This document shows positions 10,178 through 17,875 of a DNA stretch of 64,000 nt, piece by piece. Within the stretch, counting starts at the first letter, position 1. Each line of letters begins with the position of its first letter. A program made the translations under genes and the position numbers. This DNA is from Phototrophicaceae bacterium (GTDB lineage Bacteria > Chloroflexota > Anaerolineae > Aggregatilineales > Phototrophicaceae): NCBI GenBank assembly GCA_965116425.1, contig OZ220689.1, positions 2,280,134 through 2,344,133 of the forward strand, given 5' to 3'. The notes under the pieces were generated by a model. It was not told the origin of the DNA and made no database searches. It saw nothing but the letters and a program-made list of their open reading frames with translations.

Positions 10178-11095
10178 CTACAACCAATTACGTCGGCGGA
10201 ACAGGTATAGCATCAGCAGGGCGATGATGAGCATGATGCCGGCTGTGATTATAAAGGCGTGGGGATTATCAGCAAAGGGAAGAACGATGTTCATGCCGTA
10301 GATGCTGGAGATGAGCGTCAGGGGCAGCATGATGACGGAGATGACGGTCAGGATGCGCATGACCTCGTTGATGCGGTAGCTGGCCAGGGTGTCGGCGGTA
10401 TCGGCGAAGCTGTTGATGATCTCGAAGTTCTCATCGGCGATGTCGCGCAGCTTGAATAGGTGGTCGACGATATCGCCGAAGTACTCCTCCATGTGCTCGT
10501 GCAAGATGGGGTGATCGCAGGCTTCAAGCTGCTGCACGATGGGGATCTGCCCGCGGACGATGCGGCGCAGCGAGATGATGTCGCGGCGCAGCAGGGCGAT
10601 CTCCTGGATGACGCGCCTGGCGTCCGACTCGAAAAGCGCGTCTTCAATGGCGTGGACGCGTCCATCGACCTTGTTCAGGATGGGGAAGACGTAGTCGACC
10701 AGCCGGTCAATGAGCGAGTGCAGGGCGTAGTTGGCGCCGCGCCCGAGCAAGCCATTGCGTTCGTTCTCGTCGCTCTGGCAAGCGTCGAAGGCAGCCGTCA
10801 GCGGTTTCAGGGCGCCATCATGCACGGTGACGACGTAGTCGGGCCCGAGGAAGAAATCGACTTCGCTGGAGCGGGAGAGCTCAACGCGGGCGTCCCAGAG
10901 CGGGAAGTGCATGACGAGAAAGAGGTAGGCGTCGTCCTGGTCGAGCTTGGGGCGTTCGATGCGGCTGCGGATGTCCTCGAGGTTGAGCGGGTGGAAGTGC
11001 GGGAAGCGGCGGTGCAGCGCCTCGACATCAGCGGCGGAGGGGTGCACGATGTCGATCCAGGTGAGCTTGTCGTGGGTGATGGCACGGGTGGTCAT
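10178..11095 (-). CDS. corA: Magnesium/cobalt transporter CorA
   Basis: YGMNIVLPF (GMN motif) followed by a C-terminal TM helix. ATG at 11095 gives MTTRAITHDKLTWIDI. Confidence 0.85.
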   Translation of the reverse strand: MTTRAITHDKLTWIDIVHPSAADVEALHRRFPHFHPLNLEDIRSRIERPKLDQDDAYLFLVMHFPLWDARVELSRSSEVDFFLGPDYVVTVHDGALKPLTAAFDACQSDENERNGLLGRGANYALHSLIDRLVDYVFPILNKVDGRVHAIEDALFESDARRVIQEIALLRRDIISLRRIVRGQIPIVQQLEACDHPILHEHMEEYFGDIVDHLFKLRDIADENFEIINSFADTADTLASYRINEVMRILTVISVIMLPLTLISSIYGMNIVLPFADNPHAFIITAGIMLIIALLMLYLFRRRNWL

Positions 11096-11272
11096 GGGGC
11101 TGATTCTACCCGCCTCAGTCGCCGCGTCGCAATGGGGGGCGCCCAGACTGAACCCTACAGATTTCGCCAGATCTTGGCGCCTGGCGCGGAAGCTGCAAGC
11201 ATCCAGTAATTGCGCGGCGGCGCTTGTCGGGTACACTGATTGGCAGAATCAGCCAGGGTCGGAGCGCGGCGG

Positions 11273-11746
11273 ATGACCAAGCGTACGGTTAAGCGACAAG
11301 AAGAGAGGCGGGAGTTGAAGCGGCGCAAGCAGTTGATGCTCGCCGCGGCGCTGGGATTGGCGGCGCTGGTCGCGGTGGGGCTGCTGGCTTACTTTGCCTT
11401 ATCAGACGATGGCAGCGCGGACGTTACGGTTGAGGTGCTGCCGGCCGAGCTGTCGGCGGATGGCCAGCAAGGCGAAGCGCTGTTCAAGGCGAATTGCCAG
11501 GCTTGCCACGGCCCGAACGCGTCGGGCACGAAGTTGGGTCCGCCGCTGATCCACGACATCTACAATCCCGGGCATCATTCGGACGACGCCTTTTATCTGG
11601 CGGCGGCGACCGGCGTGCGGCAGCATCACTGGCCCTATGGGGATATGCCGGCTCAGCCACAGGTGTCGCGTGAGGATGTGACGCTGATTATACGCTTTGT
11701 GCGTGAGCTGCAAGAGGCGAACGGTATTGTGCGTAAGGCGTACTAG
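11273..11746 (+). CDS. Membrane-anchored c-type cytochrome
   Basis: N-terminal TM segment, then the haem-binding motif CQACHG with a downstream Met region. Confidence 0.7.
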   Translation: MTKRTVKRQEERRELKRRKQLMLAAALGLAALVAVGLLAYFALSDDGSADVTVEVLPAELSADGQQGEALFKANCQACHGPNASGTKLGPPLIHDIYNPGHHSDDAFYLAAATGVRQHHWPYGDMPAQPQVSREDVTLIIRFVRELQEANGIVRKAY

Positions 11747-11839
11747 CGTGGCGGGGTCTTGGGCGCGGAGGCACGAAGGGCGTAAAGTGCCGAGGTTAGA
11801 TGGTTTCACACAAACTGTCATCTATGAGAATTGAAGTGA

Positions 11840-12790
11840 TTAGGTGTATAGTCCCGCATTAAGGTGGTATGGGTTTTGCTGAAATCGCTCCGGGGTTTCT
11901 CGCCAGCAATCACAGATGTATTCATAGGGGCTTCGCCCCTTCAGCGCCTTCAGCCTTTTGCCATAGTTGTAGGCTTGCAAGAACAACTCCAGGTGCTGAC
12001 GCAGTTCCTCATGACTTTGGTAAAAGTATCGATAGACCGTCTTCTCTTTGATACTCCGGTTCATGCGCTCGACTTGTCCGTTGGTCCAAGGATGATAAGG
12101 TTTGGTCAAGCGATGTTCAATCCCCTGCGCTTGGCATATTTTATCAAAGGCCAGCTTGCTTTTGCGCCCCGACCGCGCTTGATGGGTAAACTGAGTGCCA
12201 TTGTCGGTCAAGATGGTATGAATCTTGTAGGGTACGACTTCGATCAGCCGGCGCAGGAAGGCGCAAGCGTCCTCGCGTTTAGCGCTTTGACGCAGTTCAG
12301 CGAAGACAAACTTGGATGTCCGGTCAATGGCGACAAAGAGATAGAGCTTGCCCTGGTCAGTTCTGACTTGGCAGAAGTCCAGATGAAAGTAGCCGATGGG
12401 ATAGTTCTTGAAGCGCTTCTTCTTGGCCGGTTTGCTTTCCGATTCGGGCAGTCGGTTGACGCCATGCCGCTTGAAGCAGCGATGCAAGCTGGAGCGGGTC
12501 AGATGCGGTATGGTCTCTTGCAGGGCGTAGAGGCAGTCATCCAGGGGCAGCAGAGTCTTGATACGGAAGGCTAGGATGATATCTTCCTCTTGCTGGCTCA
12601 AGACGGTGGAGCGGGGATTCTTGGGACCCATCGGCCGGTCTTTGACGGAGGCGCGCTTCTTCCATTTCGCGACGGTTTTGGGGTTGATGCCGAAGCGCTT
12701 GGCCAGCTTGGCTATGCTCTCTTGACTATTTTGGATTTCTCGGCGGGTTGCCTCCGTCGTTGTGGCGCGCGGGTGTAGAACCTGTCCCAT
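11840..12790 (-). CDS. IS481 family transposase (HTH + rve integrase core)
   Basis: 316 aa. HTH region SIAKLAKRFGINPKTVAKWKKR, and DDE core (HLDFCQV..., TDNGTQFT, ...WTNGQVER). The ORF runs through the IR and stops at a TAA inside the flanking target duplication. Confidence 0.9.
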   Translation of the reverse strand: MGQVLHPRATTTEATRREIQNSQESIAKLAKRFGINPKTVAKWKKRASVKDRPMGPKNPRSTVLSQQEEDIILAFRIKTLLPLDDCLYALQETIPHLTRSSLHRCFKRHGVNRLPESESKPAKKKRFKNYPIGYFHLDFCQVRTDQGKLYLFVAIDRTSKFVFAELRQSAKREDACAFLRRLIEVVPYKIHTILTDNGTQFTHQARSGRKSKLAFDKICQAQGIEHRLTKPYHPWTNGQVERMNRSIKEKTVYRYFYQSHEELRQHLELFLQAYNYGKRLKALKGRSPYEYICDCWRETPERFQQNPYHLNAGLYT

Positions 12791-12843
12791 AGGGCTTCCT
12801 TTTGGCTATGTGAGATCATCCCATTATAATCTGAGACTATACA
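11845..12843 (-). mobile_element. IS481-family insertion sequence (999 bp)
   Basis: Imperfect terminal IRs: TGTATAGTCCCGCATTA (11845-) against the reverse complement of the right end, TGTATAGTCTCAGATTA. Flanked by the 6-bp direct repeat ATTAGG (11839-11844 and 12844-12849). Confidence 0.85.
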
Positions 12844-13490
12844 ATTAGGTCGCTTGGCGTTCGCGAATCACGCTATATTGCGGAAGACCTTCTTGGGGCT
12901 GAATCGAAAGCAGTGCCGCGGCGTCATCTTGGAAACTCCGCTCTTGGTAGCTTTTCCAGAGCGCGTTAAGAAAATCTCGCCGGTGCGACATTACAATTAC
13001 TTGAGCAAACTGGGCACTAACTTCCAGAATGCCCTCAATGACAGTTTGCTTCCGCACATCGTCAAGGCTGGTCGCTGGGTCGTCGAATACGAGTAGACTG
13101 CTATATGGGTTGACGCTCGCCCGCAGGCTTGACATAAAGAACGAAAATGCCAGCGCTCTGCGGTCGCCTTCGCTAAGCGCTTGACTAGGGCCAACAAGTC
13201 CTGAGTGGCTCTTGGTCGCGCGCATTGGTATTTTTTCGTCGAGCATACTTAGATAATAGCTTGCTTTCCATTTGCCCCCGCTTGACTGATGCGCAAGGTC
13301 TCGTATTTGGTATGCCACGCCAAATCTACGCAAATACGAATTCAGGTCTCGACTATAGTTTTGGAACACGTTCGAAAGTTCCTCTTTCAAAGCTCTTTGA
13401 AGAGACCTGACTTTGGCTTTCTCGGACTCCCGCAGCAACAATTCTTCGCTATATGAGTCGCAGAGCGCTGCGATTGCAGCAGAATACCTA

Positions 13491-14308
13491 GGTTCTGTTG
13501 ATATTTAGCATTGGCATTTTCATAAATGTGTAAAATAGTCTTATGACAAGCATAAGACTAGCTGACGAACAGTGGACGAAAATTCGGGATTTCCTGAAGC
13601 AAGACCCAAATGTTTATTTGGGTAACGAGGCCAATTGCCGCCTGTTCGTTGAAGCGGTGATATGGATATGTCGCAGCGGCGCGCAGTGGCGTTTGCTCCC
13701 AAGCGAATACGGCAAATGGAATTCGGTTTACAAACGCTATGCCGGCTGGTGCGAGAATGGCGTTTGGGAACGGATGATGGCAGCCTTCGCCGATGACCCG
13801 GATATGGAAAATGGGATAATCGACAGCACGATTGTACGTGCTCACCCCTGTGCCGCCGGCGCCCAAAAAAAGTGAGGAGCAAGCCTTGGGTCGCAGTCGC
13901 GGGGGTTTCAGCAGCAAGATACATGCCGCGGTTGATGCTTTGGGCAATCCCTTGCGCTTCCGCTTGAGTCCTGGCCAGGCTCACGACATCAATCAGGCCA
14001 AGGAGTTGGTGGAAGGCTTTGCCTTTCAGCGAGTTATCGCGGATCGGGGCTATGCCTCTCAAGAATTTGTGGACAGCTTGCTTGAAAGAGGCATAGAAGT
14101 GGTGATTCCACCGCATCCGCGTGCCAAAGAGCAGCGAGAATACGATAGATGGCTCTATCGCGAGCGGCATCTGGTGGAATGTTTCATCAACAAAATCAAA
14201 CATTTTCGCCGTGTCTTTTCTCGATTCGAGAAACTCGATTCATCTTATCTTGGTTTTCTGCACCTTGTCGGTACACTCATATGGTTACGATAGAATGTCA
14301 ACAGAACC
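13491..14308 (+). mobile_element. IS5-family (IS427/IS1031-type) insertion sequence (~818 bp)
   Basis: Terminal IRs GGTTCTGTTGATATTT and GGTTCTGTTGACATTC (reverse complement of the right end). TA duplication at 13489-90 and 14309-10, alternatively read as a CTAG target. Confidence 0.85.
13543..14293 (+). CDS. IS5 family transposase, two overlapping frames (orfA 13543..13875, orfB 13832..14293)
   Basis: orfA has ...WRLLPSEYGKWNSVYKRY.... orfB has LGRSRGGFSSKIHAAVD... and ADRGYAS.... The frames join by a +1 shift, equivalent to one fewer A, at the A7 run 13865-13871. Confidence 0.8.
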
Positions 14309-15721
14309 TAGACTTGGTGGCTTTGAGGTCTGTCAACTTCTTCTTCTGGGCATTAATATCTCTGGAATGCAACTCAGATTCAAGTTGGCGAATCACGACG
14401 TTTATGCGATCAATCTGCCGGTTGTAGATCTTTAAATTATGGACAATCCGCACCCATTTGTTGATCAGGCGCCGCGCCGTGTTGGGGAGCGGTACCTTCT
14501 CAAGCGGCAAAGCGCTCTTACTTTCTAACAGATCGCCGATTGCGGATTTTAGGCCGTCCAAGGTCTTTTGCATATTTCCGAAGTCAACTTCAATCAAATC
14601 CATTTCGGATAGCGGCGGACCTAGCTGATACAGCTGTCTCAAGTTTTGCAACGCGAAATCCCGATTTTGCTGCGTCGCATCGTCGATTCCAGAAAGCTGA
14701 CGCGGAAAATTCGCAATTCTGTTCTTGAGTCGTTTGTACTCGAGGCTAAACGCAGCCTTATAATGGTGGACTAGCACTGAGCCTTCGAGCGGCAGACCGC
14801 AAAACGGACAGGAATCGCTGTCGTCGGCGGCGTAATGGATGCCTTCTTCAATCCATGCGCGAAGTCTGGCGTTGGACTGAAACTTGGCGAGGTGCGAAGT
14901 TACGATTTCGACAGCGTCGTCCGCCATGTCGTCGATGGTAGTGTCTAGCAGCGACTCAAGATCATCGATAGGAAGTGTTGGAATTAGGAGTTCGTTCAAG
15001 GCAGACGCTCTCAAACGTTCAACGCTGTCGAGTTGCGAAACGATCTGAAGCTGGCGATTAAGTTTTGCTTGAATGTCCGCGCATGGTGGCAGTGCGAGAA
15101 ACCAGTCCAGATTCTCGTTATCGCTCAAGCCAAGATTCGGCTCAGGTATGACAGCGATGATACGAGACTTAAGTCGTCTAATCGTCCGGTTCCTGGATTC
15201 TATGGTGCGTTTGAGCTGTTGCTCTTCCTCAACAAGACTCACAGCGGAGCTGCCGACGATTATAGGAAAGAGTTTACGCTGGTGCTGAAGATCTACCTTT
15301 AGCCCAGAATAAATGTTTTCATCAATAAACCTTTCGTCAAAGATTGCCACCCTATCAAGGCCTTTGTTCCAGCGGTTAGAGCGAAACTCAAGGATGTGGC
15401 CGTTTGCCAGCTCCAAAGAGATTTCCTGGCTATTGATCCCGATCGTCTTTCGGGCCGCAAGACCACTATTTTCATCGGCAATCAACGACCTGAACATGTC
15501 TGTGAGCGTCGATTTGCCCAAACCATTTTCCGCGTAAATAAGGTTTAACCGTTTCAAGCGGATCGGGGGGCTCGGCCGAAAATCGAGAAATCTGCCTAGG
15601 CCACTGATTCCGTGAATTTTCGATATCATGGGCATGGACTCCACAACTGCGCAAGTCACGCAATTCACCGCGATTATACCAAACTAAGCGCCAGCAGGTA
15701 AATTGACCTTAGGTCTAGAAG

Positions 15722-15927
15722 CAGAGCAATCGCACCAGATTATTTTAACCACCGAGGACACCGAGATTTAACTCCTTTTCTGGCAAAAAGGAGGCAATGT
15801 AGGGGCGATTCTGTGAATCGCCCACGATATTCTCACTCTTTTCATGGGCGACACACAGTGTCGCCCCTACATCGTGGTAGATTTATGTGACATTCGGCAC
15901 ATAATTGGTTCTGGTGCGATTGCTCTG
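15722..15927. mobile_element. MITE (206 bp) with ISAs1-type terminal inverted repeats
   Basis: 18-bp perfect TIR CAGAGCAATCGCACCAGA / TCTGGTGCGATTGCTCTG. 10-bp target duplication GGTCTAGAAG (15712-15721 and 15928-15937). No coding capacity. Several internal hairpins. Confidence 0.85.
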
Positions 15928-16213
15928 GGTCTAGAAGTATGCTGCTCGCCATCCGAATTCCGAAAACTTTTTACTTGTATCCCCCCGTTTGATTGTGATA
16001 TATTTAACTATCGCAATTTCATGCGCTGGAATCGACTTGAAATCCTAACAGAATGCGTGGCAGTTTTGTCCTCGTGCTGCGGATTGAGACAGTTAAAATT
16101 CTTCTTGGTGAACCCGCTGGCTTTGAAATCCGAAGCGATAAGACCGAGTTTATTGGTGATGGCTTCGTTGACGCCCCCAGCCGTCCGTATTGTAGTCTGG
16201 CGCGGGTGATGGT

Positions 16214-17029
16214 TTAGGCTTGGTCTTTGGTTTTACGTGAGGCACAAAGCGGGGCAGCGCGGGCCGCCGACAGATCTGGATAGTGATGGCATAACAGGTC
16301 GTTGGCGTCGCCCTTCTCAGGTATGCCCGGTCCCGAGAACTGGCGATATTCCGCCTCGCCTGGCCAGCCCGCTTCGAGAAGCAGCGCCAGCAATTTTGCA
16401 GCGCCCTGCTCTCCGACCTTATCGTTGTCGGCATAGTAGACGAATTTCTTGACGCCGAGTTCATCCAGAAGGGCAGCGATGTCCTTGGGGATATTTGTAC
16501 TGCCGTAAATGCCGATGGCATTGCGTATACTCAGGGGGCGCAGCGACCAGACACCAAATTCACCTTCGACAATGTGGACTTCCCCGTGTGCGAGGGCGAT
16601 TGCGTGTATCAATTCAGCAAGTGTGCCGACATAGTGGAAAGGCTCATCTGTCTTCTCGCCTGAAAACCAGATTGACTTGCCGATCTTATTGCCATTGATG
16701 GTCGGTGGGTCTATGAAACGCCGGCGGCGTGCGCCGCGGCTGTCGTCTCTGCGCTTTTCGTGCCAGACGAGACAATATCTGCCGTAGTAGTCGTTGTATT
16801 CAATCCAGGCGCCGGCGGCCAACGCCGGTTTGATGATGCGACGAGCCGTGAGATAGGCTAACCATTCTGGATGATCTTGGATGCCGCATTTTCTCTGTCT
16901 GTTGTTCCGCCTGTAAGTCGGCAGCGCGCCTGGGTTTGTTAGCTGACGCAGGTAACCGGAACCGTCATCACGGATGAGTGCTGCCACGAGGTCACTTAAT
17001 AGGCGAGGATCAGCCTTTCCCTCGACCAA
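16214..17029 (-). CDS. Toprim domain protein (plasmid/phage primase-like), possibly 5'-truncated
   Basis: Toprim motifs HIVEGEFGVWSL, YYADNDKVGEQGAAK and KGDANDLL. Only a TTG start is available. The frame stays open 12 codons upstream with no start, and the N-terminus carries a second EG-type motif (ILLVEGKAD). Confidence 0.55.
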   Translation of the reverse strand: MVEGKADPRLLSDLVAALIRDDGSGYLRQLTNPGALPTYRRNNRQRKCGIQDHPEWLAYLTARRIIKPALAAGAWIEYNDYYGRYCLVWHEKRRDDSRGARRRRFIDPPTINGNKIGKSIWFSGEKTDEPFHYVGTLAELIHAIALAHGEVHIVEGEFGVWSLRPLSIRNAIGIYGSTNIPKDIAALLDELGVKKFVYYADNDKVGEQGAAKLLALLLEAGWPGEAEYRQFSGPGIPEKGDANDLLCHHYPDLSAARAAPLCASRKTKDQA

Positions 17030-17211
17030 AAGAATCGCGTCTGGCGGAAGGCGGTTGTTTGTCTTTCAGACACTGTTGCGGATGTCAGCTAGGGAAATGG
17101 GGTCAACATGGGGCTCCTGATAGCGTTGATAAGTCGTCGATGAGCCAGGAGTGTGGGGTAGTCCCCGTCCAGGTTAGCAGCTCCAGCTGCTGAACAGGGC
17201 GTTATTTCTAA

Positions 17212-17514
17212 CGCGCCACTCATTCCATTGTATCTACGGTTGACAATATCGATATCGTCGGTGTGGTGCCGGTGGCTTATGTGCCCAATACCGATCAAAA
17301 GGAATTCATGGCCGGGCTGCAGGAGAGCATCCCGCAGTATTTGACGCCGGTCCTGCGCCGCCGCGAAACGGTCATTGATGATGCCAGGCAATCGGGCTGC
17401 TCGATATTCAGCTACCGGCCGACCAGTTCATACCGCGCCAAAGCGCAACGCGAGAGCCGAGAAGACTATGTTTGCCTGGCAAAACATGTCATGCAACGTA
17501 TGAAGGAAGGATAA
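17212..17514 (+). pseudogene. ParA/MinD-type partition ATPase, C-terminal remnant
   Basis: Open frame ...VDNIDIVGVVPVAYVPNTDQKEF...LTPVLRRRETVIDDARQSGCSIFSYRP... resembles the last ~100 aa of ParA. There is no Walker A region upstream, only out-of-frame scraps. Confidence 0.5.
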
Positions 17515-17516
17515 CG

Positions 17517-17819
17517 ATGGCCAAGGACAAGCAGGGACAGGAACAGCTCAGCGCATTGTTTAGCCAGCGCTTCAAGGATCAGGATGCTGCGCCTGTAGAG
17601 GAGCGCGCAGTAGAAAAGCCAAGGCGTAAGCGGGGCAGGCCGCCGAAGGCAGTCCAGCGCAAAACGGTGTCGTTCTTTCTGATACCTAAGCTCGCCGAGC
17701 GCCTGGACGACGCGTACTATCAATGGAACGCGGGTTTATCCAAGGAAACACGCATCAGCCGCGCCGAGTTCCGCGAGATGGTGCTTGAAAAGGGCTTGAA
17801 ACAAATCCAAGATGAGTAG
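17517..17819 (+). CDS. Small ribbon-helix-helix (ParG/CopG-like) DNA-binding protein with AT-hook-like tail
   Basis: ATG at 17517 with GAAGGAAGG upstream. Basic tail PRRKRGRPPKA, then an RHH-like segment KTVSFFLIPKLAERLDDAYY. Starts 2 nt after the parA-remnant stop. Confidence 0.55.
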   Translation: MAKDKQGQEQLSALFSQRFKDQDAAPVEERAVEKPRRKRGRPPKAVQRKTVSFFLIPKLAERLDDAYYQWNAGLSKETRISRAEFREMVLEKGLKQIQDE

Positions 17820-17875
17820 GGTTGTCTACCTGCTGACCGCACATTGGCGGCCTTACTGCTGGCAAAGGACTTTCT

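Larger units (their letters stand above)
12845..15635 (-). pseudogene. AAA_13-type (PrrC/RloC-like) ABC ATPase, split by an IS insertion
   Basis: The N-part (14309-15635) has Walker A (ENGLGKST), a long coiled-coil and a CPFCG hook. The C-part (12845-13490) has the ABC signature (LSEGDRRALAFSFF), Walker B (LLVFDDP) and an H-loop (VMSH). Removing nt 13491-14308 plus one TA copy joins the parts in frame (...TKS-RYSAAIAALCDSYSEELLLRESEK...) into a ~656-aa ORF. Confidence 0.8.

Noticed and set aside
9234-10301. 355-aa ORF on the + strand, antisense to the RNase D and corA genes.
   Set aside because: It lies entirely opposite two genes with clear family motifs. Its composition is low-complexity and rich in Asp, Gly, Ala, Leu and Arg, typical of GC-rich shadow frames. 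It has no recognisable motifs.
15844-16209. 121-aa ORF starting inside the first MITE. A comparable 135-aa ORF at 24674..25081 lies inside the second MITE.
   Set aside because: Both begin in the repeated hairpin-rich MITE sequence. The two ORFs are in different contexts despite the shared DNA, and they are Cys-rich with no motifs. Both are probably non-coding.
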